Positions 1-13,286 of a stretch of DNA of 64,000 bases are shown here, piece after piece. Every line of letters begins with the position of its first letter. Positions within the stretch are counted from its first letter, which is position 1. The notes below the pieces were generated by a model, which was not told where the DNA came from, did not search any database, and saw only the letters and a list, made by a program, of their open reading frames with translations. The position numbers were made by a program, and so were the translations under genes. Where the stretch lies: assembly GCF_018350175.1 (NCBI RefSeq), contig NC_058373.1, positions 113,834,001-113,898,000 of the forward strand, written 5' to 3'. This DNA comes from Felis catus (lineage: Eukaryota).

Positions 1-300
1 CTGGTTCATCATATTTTATATTCTTATTTGAGGCTGATGAAAATATTTAGAACTTTAACACCTCTGTATCCTAGCCCCAATTTTAATGTACTTCTTAATG
101 TTGTATTCTGTTTGGTCTTCGGTTGAACAGTATCTCCCCCAATTTCACTTTATACCTTCCCTTCTCCTTAATACTGTCCAGTTCTCATTTGGAAGGTGTA
201 AGGAAGTGCTTCATCTGTTGTAGAGAAGAGGATGTGGATCCTGTATATTTTCCAATCATTGCATTCTTAACCTATTACATGTACATTTGTGTGGTCCTTA
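1..300 (-). mobile_element. Possible ancient RTE-clade non-LTR retrotransposon RT fossil
   Basis: Minus-strand translation across frameshifts gives IHILFSTTDE (cf. xxLLFADD), GDTVQPKTK (cf. GLxINxxKTK) and IKIGARIQRC*SSKYF (cf. IxIxGxxIExVxxFKYLG), in RT motif order; heavily decayed. Confidence 0.35.
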
Positions 301-2033
301 CTGACTTGACCTGATCATATTGCAAAGTACAAACATATTACTTAAGGAAAGGAGAGCCAGGCACTAATGGTCTTTTTTCATTAGCCAAAGCCCAGTTCAT
401 AATTTCTGTTTTCTAACTTGGAGAAAAAGAAGTTTAGCTAGATTTAGAGACTTTTCTAAGTCACATAGCAAGAAGCTAAGAACAAGAGTAAGAACCCCTG
501 CCAAACTATTCCACAAGAATTCATAAGCTTCCAGGCTCAGTTTTACAGTATATAAGTGGTTGCATAGGTTAAGAAAAATAATTTAATCTCCATGTATCCA
601 AGTTGCACTGGTATCTTCCAAATTTCAAGCGAAGAAAGACCCTTAGAGGAAGAACTTAACAGAATTAAAATTATGTGACCTGAACCATGGTTCCTTTCCC
701 ATTCAATTATTTCCTTTTAACCACTGATGGCTTTTTGTGCTTGGCTGGGTATGCTAGTCAAGCCTATGTTATGAAAGAGAAATAAGACACTTAATCCTGT
801 GAATCATTAACCTGCATTGGCCTCCTTTCCCAGTAGCTTGCCCTTCCTGTATGTAGTCTGTTTACTCACTTCTGAGCCAAGTCTCCAAGGTCTCTTATTA
901 TTGAGTGTAGGGACACCTGGATCACAGGGAGTTGGGCCTTTGTTTTATTCTGACGATGACGTGACTGATTATACAGCTCCAGGCATTTGCATGTTTCAAA
1001 GGCATTTTTAAAGTTTATTGCTTGTGAAAACCTAGTTAGTAAAATATCATTAATTTTTTTTTTTTTTTTTTTTTTTTACCAAATGAGGCTGTTGAACTTA
1101 GGGAAGTTTTGACTTGCCAAAAGCTCCACAACAAGTCAGTGGCAGAATTCAAATGGGTGCACACTCTTATATACTTAGTTCGGTGTCTAACTCATTGAGG
1201 CATATTTTTGTTTTTTACTTATAAATCCAGGTAGGACTGACTTGAGTCATTTGTAGTTAATAAATTTTTGTGTTTGCTCTGTTGCCACTGAAGCCTAGCT
1301 CAGACTTATGAGTATTATATTCTCTGGAAAGAGCTGGAGAAACCTAACCTCAGAAACACAGCAGTCAGTAGGTTCAGTGAGACCTAACCAGGAGATCACC
1401 TTTGGGCTACAGATTTTTCTTCTGTGAGCAGGAAGTCCTCATCAGGATTTTAGAGGTGACAGGAATAGAGTGATTACTCATTGATTTAAATTCCAGGGTC
1501 TGGGCACCTTCTGTGAAATATGAATCCCATGGAATATGCGTGATTTTGTATAAAGGTCTTTAGGACTTGGTGCTGGGGCATCGACTGTCCCAGTTTCTCA
1601 GTAGTGGGAACTTAGAAAAGAAATGACTTTTGCATGGTCATATTGAAGAGCAGAGGCAGAGTATGGGGTAACATCCATGTTTCTTGGCTTCTTTCCTTGG
1701 GCTGTAACCACTAGACTTCATAGATAAATATTTACTCAAGGAAGAATGCTTAGCATTGAAAGAGTGAAGTCTTAAGATGGGTAAGATACACAAAATACTC
1801 CTACATAAGTCATTATATTGACATCTGTGGCCACATATTGGTCCATGAAGGGAAAAGTTCTAGCCACTGAAACCTCAGCCACTAGCAACTTACTCTTTAG
1901 GCCATCTTTGTAATTATGGCACTGACTAGCCCAAGTCTTAGGTTATTTCATCATGATATTTTCAGTATAGCATTGACTATATCAGTGATTAGCAGCTTCC
2001 TATTAATTCATACTCCCTTCCCCTTATCATTCT

Positions 2034-2227
2034 TTTTTTGATGTTTATTTATTTTTGAGAGAGAGAGAGTGAGGGACAGAGAAAGAGGGAGACACAGAAC
2101 TTGAAGTAGGCTGCAGGCTCTTAGCTGTCAGCACAGAGCCTGATGCAGGGCTTGAACTCACAAACTGTGAGATCATGACCTGAGCTGAAGTCGGGTGCTT
2201 AACCTACTCAGCCACCCAGGTGCCTCT
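2034..2227 (-). mobile_element. SINEC_Fc (felid tRNA-derived SINE)
   Basis: Reverse-complement CanSINE body; TSD ccccttatcattct at 2020-2033 and 2229-2242. Confidence 0.95.
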
Positions 2228-3214
2228 CCCCCTTATCATTCTGATGACCCTAGCATATGTTGCTGTATGTTCTTACTCTCTGCACATAACACTAGTTTTT
2301 ACTTTGCATGTTTAGACACTGATGGAGGCACTAGTAAGTTCTGCGTGTAGATTTTAGAGTCCAGGGTAGTCAAGGAATAAAGAACAGAGAAAGAGAAGAT
2401 CAGTTTGACTAAGACGAGGATATAATCTTGATGGGCTTCAGTGACCCCAGGCTAAGACAAGAGCAGCTTAGACTTAGTGTTTTGAACCCTTTAATGAAAG
2501 CTGTTTTAAAATAAAGCATATGGACATAGGGCAGGATACACTGAGAATACAGAACGATGCTGGAGTAAAGCCAAGAGCATGTGGCGAGACTATCCAGGGG
2601 GCCAAGACCAGGGGCATTGGGTGGACTAAAATGCTCCTCTCCCTGATATACACATAACTAACTTCCTCACTCCCTTCAAGTCTTCGCTTAAATGTCATCT
2701 TCTCAATGAGACCTACAAATCTATGCTGACCCACCTATTTAAACTTGCAATGATTTGAATGAGTTAATTGAAACCTCATGTTGATTATTCCTGCATAACA
2801 CAAGAAAATGTAATGCAATAGATGGTGAGCTCAGTGGTGTTCCACATCTTGGTTTTTATTTTAATGCTCCTTGCAAATAATGGTATTCGGTTAGTGTAAA
2901 TATTAATAATATTTACTCACGAGAAAGGAACAGAATGTTCTCCTTTTTCTAGCTATACTCTGAATTCTTGTATTCAGGATTTCCCTGAAAGATTAAAAGT
3001 TAAATAGAGTGATATTGATAGAGTTGGCATACATGATCTTTGTTTATACTGATATAGCACATTTTGTCATTCCATTTGTTTCTTCCCCATGGTTACTTTT
3101 TTTTTCTCAATGGAAATTTGCAACTTCAGATCGCTTTTTCCATCTTTTTGATGTCAGTGAGGAAGGAAAGAAGCAGGGTACATTTGCTGAACTTAAAGAC
3201 ACTTGGTGTGTTTC

Positions 3215-3436
3215 GGGGCGCCTGGGTGGCGCAGTCGGTTAAGCATCCGACTTCAGCCAGGTCACGATCTCGCGGTCCGTGAGTTCGAGCCCCACGTCGG
3301 GCTCTGGGCTGATGGCTCAGAGCCTGGAGCCTGTTTCCGATTCTGTGTCTCCCTCTCTCTCTGCCCCTCCCCCGTTCATGCTCTGTCTCTCTCTGTCCCA
3401 AAAATAAATAAACGTTGAAAAAAGTTTAAAAAAAAA
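3215..3436 (+). mobile_element. Young full-length SINEC_Fc
   Basis: GGGGCGCCTGGGTGGCGCAGTCGGTTAAGC head, B-box GAGTTCGAGCC, many intact CpGs, (CT)n region, A tail; 19-bp TSD aaagaYacttggtgtgttt at 3195-3213 and 3437-3455. Confidence 0.97.
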
Positions 3437-5474
3437 AAAGATACTTGGTGTGTTTAAATAGAAATAAAGCATACCAGAGAGGCACAGTAGTTGAGTTTCA
3501 TCAGTAATGCAGGGTAATTTAAGTATTAAATGCGTCAGGCTGATTATTTCCACTTTATTCATTGTAGGCATGGCTTATAAAGACTTGGTAGGTGTACTTG
3601 CCTATGGCCCTCCCACCTGTGTTTGGGATGAGCTCATCATACTTCACAAACATAGCTCACAGGAGATGGTCTCCATGTCGACTAAGAAACACCTATTTGG
3701 GGTTGTATAAGGTGAACTACTACTGACTCAGTCTGTGATTCTTTTCTGTCTAAATCAGTGCTGGGATGTGATTAACTGTGCAGTGCCTCACCAGAAGGAC
3801 CAGGGTTTTTCTATGGTTCTCAAACCAAATTCAAGTTTTGGAATTATGGTGTCTGTTTAAATTCCAAGTGGCTGAGATAAAGTCTCAGTTAACATTTACA
3901 CATTGGATTATCATCTCCTAATAAATTCAGAGTTTTGGTAGAAAATGTATGGGTCAGTCTGATCTGGATTCGAATCTTTCTACTACCTTATTGTGTGAAT
4001 TCTGTTGAATGAAACTCTCTGGACCTCCACTTCTTTGTAAAATTGGATAGTTTCAAGACAATGGCTTCACATTTCTTAATTACATGTTCATTTTTTAGAA
4101 TAGTTGCAAAGAATTTGCAATATCTGTCATCCAAGTATTTCCTGTCCCCCTACCCCCTTCCTCCTTGCTCTTGTATCATGGTAACTGATACAGCAGCCTA
4201 CCTACGGCAAGCATTACAAAATCTCCAGGTGTGTGTTCTGATAGGCTGGGTCCTCTCACTGAGCCCAGACTCAGTTTGGGTACTGTGTTCTATTAGCTGG
4301 GATCTCAGAGTATGGGATGATTTGCCAATGATCTAATCCTTAAAACATCTTTAGGAGTTGAGGAGGAGGCAGATTTTCTCCCTTAGGTATACATCTTGGG
4401 AAACATACCACCTCACACCTATCTACTTTTCTGGGGCTTTGCATGGCTGGGTAGAAAGTGAAGCACAAGAAGTTAAGTCACTTATTCAGGATCCACAACA
4501 GTAAATAGTGAAACTAGTATTCAAAGCAAGGTCCACGTAATTCCAAAGCCTGGATTCTTAATTGATAGGCTGATCTCAAAGAGTTAGCTCTCAAATCCTT
4601 CATCATATCTAAAAATAAGATGATAAAATCTAGTGCTGCAATGTTGAATCAGGAAATTCAGATTTCACTTTTGAGCTTCACTACTGACTTCACCTCAGGC
4701 AACTCAATCATCCTTGGATGATTTCTCCATGAAGAAAATGAGGATCATGATGTCTGTGCTCAGGGGTAGAATAAGCATTAAAAAATAAAACATAATAGCA
4801 TCAGTAAAGCCCTTTGGTCTCCAGAGAGGATGAGCATTGCATGAATTTCTAGTGTTAATATTTCATGTTGAAGACTTCTGAGCACATTCATTTTAAATGC
4901 AAAAAAAGGTAAACTTTGGACCATGAATATCCTGATTCTGGGAATTAAATGGTAACCGATCTTGAAATAGTTATAGCAGTGCCAAAAGAGGGTAGAGTAA
5001 TGGAACAATATCACCTAGCTAACTCCCAGAGAAGGCTTCTGGATTGTTTCAGTTAGCAGCAAGAGTATGTATTTTGTGGGCCCAGAGCATATTAATCAAC
5101 TGCACTATGCCAAGATTGAGTTCTGTTTTTTACTAGAGATCTGTTCTAAATCACTTTGTTCATAATATTGTCATCAAGTGTGCCATCCGCAAATGGGACA
5201 CGTACAAAAGGAGCAAAGAAGCTTTTGTCCCAGAGTATAACTCCCAGAATAAGCCAAGAAAGATAACATTGAGGATTAAGACATGTTTCTGGGAAAGGTT
5301 TTCCTTCCAGACTCCAGAATACTACTGAGTGTACATTGCCACACCTACTCCCCAGGGCAAACAGCATGCAATTCTGTACACAAATATACTTAGTGATGTC
5401 TCTCCTGGGAACTTTTAGAAGTACTGCCTTTTCCTGGGTGCCAGAAAGACAATCAGCCTACCAGGAGGTGCCTC

Positions 5475-5480
<6 letters not shown>

Positions 5481-5520
<40 letters not shown>
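5481..5520. repeat. (TG)20 microsatellite
   Basis: Perfect dinucleotide run. Confidence 0.98.
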
Positions 5521-5523
<3 letters not shown>

Positions 5524-8500
5524 ACATGCACATAAAAGCACCAAGGTGTTTTGTTGTAGTTTTTTTGTTTTTTTTGTTTGTTTTGTTTTGTTTTGTTTTA
5601 GAATGATCCTTTTGCTGGCCAGTACCAGAATGATCTAATTATGTGTGCTTTACTGATTCTCATGTACCAAAATCCATTTTCAAGTTTAACTAGGTTTTCT
5701 CAATGGACTTTTCCTTAAAAACACACACTCAATCACCTATGGTTATCTTTCCTCTCACTAGGATAGAACTCAATTCCATTCATAAGGAGAAAATATATAA
5801 AAATGTTTCCATTTTGGAAACATTATCCATTATCGCTAAAACTTCTCCAAAAACTTGTAGATTGATGTGAGAGAGAGAGAGAGAGAAAGAGGAGGAGGAA
5901 GAAGTGGGAAGGGGAGAAAGGAGAGGAAGAGGAGAGAAAAGAATGAAGAAATGGAAATAAAAAGCAATTAAGCTTAAAAAACAAGCCAGATGAAGCTCTG
6001 GCAACATATATAAATAAATTTACTTTAAGAAAGTCTTTCAAGGGTTAAAAAATTTTTTTTCTCCAGCTAAGAGGTTCAAACCTTCTGACCTTTTACCCTG
6101 TCTTGTCTATTGATCATTGAGCACTCTGAGATGAACAGATGACCAGGTGCTGAGCACACTTTAAAGAAAGTTACTTTGCTGGAAAATATTTCCCTACTCA
6201 GGTATCTTTAATAGCTCAGTACGTGACCTTGGCATGACTCAAAAGGAGGCAGCTCGTTCAAGCAGGTAGAATACCAGGTCATCTCAGCACTGCCCTCATT
6301 CATAATGTTCTTTTTCTAACACCGAGCCAAGCCTGTGACCATGCTGCCTTCTTTATTTTGTAATAATCAGGGTCTTCTTCCTTTCTCACCCTTGTTTCCT
6401 GCCCTGAGGCTCTTTTGACAATAGTAAGTATAAATTGAAACCTGTATTTCTTTGCAGAACAAAGACTGGAATGAATTCATTGATAAGTAGCTTTTTAAAC
6501 CTTTGGACCCATTTATCAAAATTCTATATGAGTGTGTTTCCTGGTGACCCAATTAATTGAAATATTTTTTTTTCTGAAGCCAAAAGAGAAAGGCTGGTAT
6601 TGTTTTATATGCTTTCTCATTTTAGTTGTATATCACTTTCCATTTTGCAGTGTGCTGAGCTTAGCATATTTTCTTTTTTCTTTTTTGTCACTGTCCCCTC
6701 TGCCTCTACTTTCTAGCCTTATGAAGAAATGGGGTTAGCTACTTGACCATAACCACATGAGGAGTTGGCAGTGGAGAGTGGATTAAGATTTCTATCATCC
6801 AAGTAATTGGGCCTGTTTAATCCCAATCCTGCACAAATCCTTCTTGTTAAAAGTTTGAAGTTTTAATTTTATCTTCTTCAAGTCAACAAAGGAGTTTTCA
6901 GGCTGCATCTGGAGAGTTGTGACTTCTTCCTAGTTCTGGCCCATAGCCGGCATATTGGAAATTGGCAGAATGTACGGTCAGGAGAGGAGGGAGATCTCAG
7001 TAAAGCACCACAAAAATTCCACTCCCCCCTCCCCAGCATACCCATTTCATTGCCCCAATTTTGTGTGGCTGGCAACTGATGATGTTTGGGTTGTAAAAAA
7101 AAATCATTTTGCCCCACTTTTTTAGGCAGACTGAAGACACGATTGAGGTCAGAACTAGAGCAAAGTATTTGGTTTTGTTGAAGAAGCTGAAATAAGAACC
7201 ACTTTGGAGGAGATGTGTAGATAAAAGTGTTGCTGTGGTCTTAATCACCAGATGCTTGCTTGTAGAAGTTGGAGTGTGGGAGTGTGTTTCTCTATTGGCA
7301 TTTTGACACAGAGGCAGGTGAGATCAATGCCACCTTTCTGCAAAGTACTCTAAAACCCCTTCTTCCTTCATTAATATTTTTCCTTTGAAGATAAAGGAGC
7401 TGCCTTTAGTATGTGTTAGCATTCCTTTCACAGTTAAATTACTGTTTAGTGGTATGTGATTTCTTTGTTACACTAGAATGTGGTAGATACTCTTCATATA
7501 TAAGCCCTGGATTTCAGGCTTTGTTTTTAGGATGAAGCTCTATTATCTTTTCTTTTTTCTTTTTTGGCAAGAACCTGTTAGGGGATAAGACACATTTCAT
7601 GAGGCAAATTAAAAATAAATATTTAAATTCATTTTTTTCCCTTTATCTAAAAAGTTCAAAGCACTTATGGCCATTATTGCTCTCAGGTCAATCCTCTGAG
7701 ACAAATTTATTTATTTTTGACCTACAGATAAGAAATCAAAGTACAGATTATTAAAGGCATAGTATCACATGATTTATACTTATTAGGTTCTCAGTAAACG
7801 TTTGGAATGTATTGAACAGTAAGTTTCTTTCTGATAGTAGTCTAGAGCAATGCTTTACAATTTTTCTTATGTTATAGGACGCTAGAAATTGATACTACTT
7901 ATATGGCACATGGAATAGGTCTTTTCGAGGAACATCTCTAGTAAGAACATAATGTAGAAAGTTGTAAATCTTGAAAAATGTTATGCTACAATATATCTGT
8001 TGAGAGTAATGCTGCCACAGAGCTCATGGGTTCTACTGCTAGTCTGTGCTAGTAAACAGACAGTGTAGGAGTATCATGCCTACTATGATGCTGGAGATTC
8101 GAATGGCTTAGAAGGAGACACAAACACTAGGATTCCAGCCAGTTCACATCTTAAAGTCTTTCAAGACAATTGGTTCTTGTACAAATGGTACAAGGTACAT
8201 GTATGCATATGCTGAGGGTGGGGTGTGCTTTATACTCCACCCTTATTCCTACCTGGTACTCCGTGACTAGAGTTGGTCTGTGGCAACAACAGCTTCTCAG
8301 TTCTGAAGAACATCTGTGGACCAGAGCATTGCCTAACTCAAGTACTCATCCCAACAGTCAAGGAGAGAAGTTTTATCACTTGCCACCTTGAGATACCCCA
8401 ACTTTGGGTGGATTCGGGAGCGTAGCCTACAGTTTTAGAACATTTAGTTTGATGGAGTACTGAATGTTTGAGAGCTCCATCTTCTTCATCTTTCTTTTGG

Positions 8501-8639
8501 CCTTGTGTGGTATTTTGCCCAGACTTGTTTGTCCTGCAGCAGGAGAGAGTTGTACTGTGAGCAAGGGCCAGCTGGAGGAGTATTCTTTGTAAAGAAAGTA
8601 CTTGACCTTGATATGGAAGATATCAGCATGATGATGATT

Positions 8640-8840
8640 ATGCTTTCCAACATTTCAGGCACTATTCCAAGATCATATAGTGAATCCTTACAACATCTCT
8701 ATGTATGAGGTAACTACTATCATTATCCCCATTTTATGAATAAGGAAACTGAGGCAAAGAGGCTCAGTAACTTTTCCAAGGTGATATGAATAATACGTTG
8801 CAGAGCCAGAATGCAAAGCTAGAATGTCTGGCTCCAGAGC
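8640..8840 (-). mobile_element. MIR SINE
   Basis: Reverse-complement MIR core: ccccattttatgaataaggaaactgaggcaaagaggctcagtaacttttccaagg. Confidence 0.85.
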
Positions 8841-10658
8841 TTGTGGCCTTGCTTTATTTCTCCTCTAAGTAGGGATGGGGAAAAGCATCTTAGGGAGCAG
8901 ATTCATGGAATACAGTGGTCCTAGTGGCTGGGTGAGCCCTATTCAGAATTATACTTGAAGAGGTACAGAAAAGAGATGGGGGAATGTGTGAAAACAGTTT
9001 CTGTGGGTGGAAGCAGCCATACTGGCTGCCATGGCAAGCCATGTTGGAGCCTGCCTGGCGACTGCAGCAAGACTTCCTTCTTTACAGGTTGGGGGCACTA
9101 AAACGGGGAACTGGAAAGACAGGCTGGCATCACCTACTTGAGGCAGATGAAGAAACGGAAACATACAGTAGAGGCATTGGTATTTTGTGGTTAGATGAGG
9201 ACATAGCCTAATGCGAAAAGTCACTCATTAGTTACATCAACGTTTGGATGCTCTTTGACAGAGCTATAGGAGTGATTTGAGGGTGGGTTTTGGTCTTGAC
9301 CCTATGCCACAGTAAACAAAATGAAACTCTCCTTGAGCTAAAGGTAATGGAGATGAAAGTGTGTTTACATAGATGAGCAGTGGGATTTATCCAGTGACTC
9401 TGGAAGGTAATCCCAGGGTTCAGTGCTCCATGAATACCATGCCGTGTTCTTAAGCTGGTAAATTACTGTGAGCTTTTATGAGAATGGATTGTGGGAAGCA
9501 TCTAGATGAAATTCAGCCTGTTTCACCTTGAGTCCAGGGCCCACTAATGCACTCCAGGTGTGCAGGCTGCCCAGGCTTTCTGCCTTGGAAGCCTCAAAAA
9601 AGAACTTTCATCCCAAAAGGGAAGCTTTGAAGAATACCAAGGATCTTTCTATCTTTTCTTGTTTTTTGTATTCTTTCTGCCCACATTTGGTAATTGGAGA
9701 TATTTGTGGTGTTAAAGCCAGACTTGTTCCTTCTCAGCCTGCCCCTCCAACAGTGAAATTTTAAGCCTGTGGCTTCAATTGTGCACAGCAGTGATTTCTC
9801 TGCAGTGTCCCTCAGATGTAAAAGGAGAATGGCTGAAATACTAGAAAGGGGGATGTAGGAAATCACCAAACGACAATTTTCCACGTCTATAGATCCTTTC
9901 ATCTGAGGGCAAAAGAAGCTAGAGAGGGTGCCCTCCAAAAAGATTGAGGGGGGTGCACAATTTAAAACTCTCTAGTTATGGGCTAAGGAACTAAAGATCA
10001 AAGCACTGTGTCCTCAGAATTACACAGTGAGTCACTGGAAAAACTCTGAGTAAAAGTCAGGCATCCTGTTCTCCAATCTTACATGGCTAATAAGTACAAT
10101 TGGCTTTAAATAGTGCATTTATTTTTTTTTTATTTAGATCCAATACTATCTTAAAGAATATAATTATCTGCGCATTATAGATTAAGATTTTCAAGCCCTA
10201 GAGCATTATGAGCTATTTTGCCATGATGATAAAGTGGGTGAGGTGAAAAGGTGCCTGAGAAGCCCTCATGTCTGTTGTGTGGTCCCTATGCTTCCAAGGC
10301 ATATCGGCCTCCCTTAAAAAACCACTGCCATTATTCAGGCCGTCTTGTGGCTTCCATTTAAAAGTTCTCCTTTAAGAGAGATTTTTCCAAAGCTAAATTA
10401 ACAGCTATGAGGTGCACTGGGTAAATCTGTGATTTACTTTTTTCCAATTTTGACTGCTGTAAGCATTTCAGTCTGTTGCCCACTAGTTCAGATCAACATA
10501 CTGGTTTTAACTTTATCTCCAATGTAATGATTTAACATAATATAGACTAATGTGTTTGCAGGGTTGAGGGCAGTAGAATTTGCTTGAACAGGAAATATGT
10601 AAGTTCTGTAAATGTTTTAATGTTCCCTTCAATTTTGGCTCTTTTTCTTTTCTTCTTA

Positions 10659-10675
10659 TTTTTTAATGTTTATTT

Positions 10676-10728
<53 letters not shown>

Positions 10729-10892
10729 CACAAATAGGGGAGTAGAGAGCGAGGGAGACATACACTCTAAAGCAGTCTCCAGGCTCTGAGATGTCAGCAC
10801 AGAGCTCTATGTGGAGCTTGAATCCATGAATGGTGGGATCATGACCTGATCCTAAGTTGGTCGCTTAACCAACTGAGACACCCGGGCATACC
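10659..10892 (-). mobile_element. SINEC_Fc with expanded (GA)n
   Basis: Reverse-complement CanSINE body; long (GA)n at about 10678-10725. Confidence 0.93.
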
Positions 10893-11334
10893 TAGATTCC
10901 TTTTCATATGTCCTCTTGATATATGCCAGTTTCTGATCATGGGTGACCTGACTTGAAGGTCAGATGACTTGAAATTCAGACGGTTAAATTGTGTGTGTGT
11001 GTGTGCACATGTGCACACGCACATGGTGTTCATATAGTAAAGGAGAGTCAGAGTTGTCAATCTTCTCACCACCTGCCAGAAGCTGGAACAAACATCCACT
11101 GCCGAGAGGAGTTCTAAGGCACCTTCCCTAAGCATGTTCTAAGAAGTCACCTCCCAGGGAAAAATTTGAGGCATCTGTCTCTTCACTTCTTAGAAAATTA
11201 AGGGGCATTGACTCTCTGGGACTGTTACCTAGAGAGGTGAGACACAGGACAGTCACCTTTGGGGCCATCCAATAAGTATATTAGGGTCAAGGAAGCTTTT
11301 GCAAATCTTTTGAAATGTGTGTAAATATCAATAA

Positions 11335-11810
11335 CAAGGCTGTAGTGAAATGAACATGAGCTTTGCAGTAAGACAAACTAGGGCTTAAGTTTGCAGTAAG
11401 ACAAACTAGTGGCCCCACCACTTTCTAGATGTGTAAGCTTAGATTGATGACTTAATTGGCATGACTCTCAGTTTTCTCCTTTGAAAAAATGAGGATTGGA
11501 GTGCCTGGGTGGCTCAGTTGGTTGAGCATCTGACTTCGGCTCAGGCTATGATCTCACAGCTCGTGAGTTCGAGCCCCGTGTCAGGCTCTGTGCTGACACC
11601 TTGGAGCCTGGAGCCTGCTTCAGATTCTGTGTCTCCCTCTCTCTGCCCCAACCCACTCGCATTCTGTCTCTGTCTCTCTCAAAAATAAACAAACATTAAA
11701 AAAAAGAAAAAATGAGGATAGTAATAACTATCACATGGATTTGTCGTGAGGACTAAGAATATATATATGAAGTTTCTAGGATATAGACTTTGAATAAATA
11801 TTAGTTTTAC
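11335..11810 (+). mobile_element. MIR interrupted by a SINEC_Fc
   Basis: MIR core ctcagttttctcctttgaaaaaatgaggat resumes after the SINE as agtaataactatcacatggatttgtcgtgagg. Confidence 0.75.
11498..11705 (+). mobile_element. SINEC_Fc
   Basis: CanSINE body and A tail; TSD gaaaaaatgaggat at 11483-11496 and 11706-11719. Confidence 0.96.
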
Positions 11811-11839
11811 TTTCCCTCTGTCTTAACCACCTGATTGGG

Positions 11840-12742
11840 TTTTTTTTTATATTAAGCATAATTTATTGTCAAATTGGTTTGCATACATTACCCAGTGCTC
11901 ATCCCATCAGGTGATCTCCTCAATGCCCATCACCCACTTTTCCCTCTCCCCCACCCCCCATCAACTCTGTTTGTTCTCAGTATTTAAGAGTCTCTTATGG
12001 TTTGCCTCCCTCCCTCTCTGTAACTTCCCCTCCCCCTTTCCTTCCCCCATGGTCTTCTGTTAAGTTTCTCAGGATCCACATATGAGTGAAAACATATGTT
12101 ATCTTTTTTTCTCTGCCTGACTTATTTCACTTAGCATAATACCCTCCAGTTCCATCCACATTGCTACAAATGGCCAGATTTCATTCTTTCTCATTGCCAA
12201 GTAGTATCCCATTGTATATATAAACCACATCTTCTTTATCCATTCGTCAGTTGATGGACATTTAGGCTCTTTCCATAATTTTGCTATTGTTGAAAGTGCT
12301 GCTATAAACATTGGGGTCAAGTGCCCCTATGCATCAGCACTCCTGTATCCCTTCGGTAAATTCCTAGCAGTGCTATTCCTGGGTCATAGGGGAGATCTAT
12401 TTTTTTTAATTTATTTTTTTTAACATTTATTTGTTATTGAGAGACAGAGCGCAATCATGGGAGGGGCAGAGAGAGGAGGAGACAAAGAATCTGAAGCAGG
12501 CTCCAGGTTCTGAGCTGTCAGCAAAGAGCCCGATGTGGGGCTTGAACTCACAAATCGTGAGATCATGACCTGAGCTGAAGTTGGACGCCCAACTGACTGA
12601 GCCACCCAGGCACCCCAGGGTAGATCTATTTTTAATTTTTTGAGGAATCTCCACACTGTTTCCCAAGGCGGCTGTACCAGTTTGCATTCCCACCAACAGT
12701 GCAAGAGGGTTCCTGTTTATCCACATCCTCTTCAGCATCTAG
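11840..12742 (-). mobile_element. 5'-truncated felid L1 (ORF2 C-terminus plus 3'UTR), split by a SINE
   Basis: ORF 12099-12320 PMFIAALSTIAKLWKEPKCPSTDEWIKKMW matches the L1 ORF2p C-terminus; poly(T) at 11840. Confidence 0.95.
12405..12616 (-). mobile_element. SINEC_Fc nested in L1
   Basis: CanSINE body; 17-bp TSD agggKagatctattttt at 12388-12404 and 12617-12633. Confidence 0.95.
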
Positions 12743-12744
12743 AA

Positions 12745-12921
12745 GAGTAGGGAAAGAAGAAAGCTCTTTTGTGTCTCTCCCTATAAGGTACTAATCAAAT
12801 CACGAACGCTCCACCCTTATGACTTAATTACCTTGCAAAGGCCCCATCTTTGAATACCATTACATTGGGGATTAGGGCTTCAAATTGTGAATTTGGGGGA
12901 TAACACATTTAATTCATAACA
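12745..12921 (-). mobile_element. ERVL-MaLR LTR (MLT1A/MST-like), 5' half only
   Basis: Reverse complement begins tgttatgaattaaatgtgttatcccccaaattcac...gaagccctaatccccaatgtaatggtatt, typical of a MaLR LTR 5' end. Confidence 0.8.
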
Positions 12922-13286
12922 TGCCTCTCCCTTTTGCATATCTGATTTGGAAAATCTATATGCTCTAATTTGTTTTGTGTTTTTTTTCTCTATAAAACAT
13001 TATCAAAGTGTTCTCAAAACTTGAATGGACATTTGGATTTTGTTGAATCTTTTCATGATTTGCCTTTAACACATGTATGATTCCATCTGTCATTTGATTT
13101 TCTTAGCCTATGTGAAATTCAGAATAAGAGTTCACTGACAGAAAGTAATTCAGCATGCTGAATTTGCATATCAAAGCCTGGTCAGCAGGTATGGCCCTAG
13201 ACTGAGGAAGATAGGCAATCCATGACTATGTTGGAGTCTGGCCTTGCCCACATGGCCTGGTTGATTCATCACCTGTCAGGGAGACT

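Noticed and set aside
3215..3300. tRNA-like A and B boxes
   Set aside because: Head of a tRNA-derived SINE, not a tRNA gene
8984..9211. ORF with a good-looking acceptor (cttccttctttacag)
   Set aside because: Its 3' part resembles an antisense MIR core (cagatgaagaaacggaaacatacag), the donor is weak and the peptide is not recognisable
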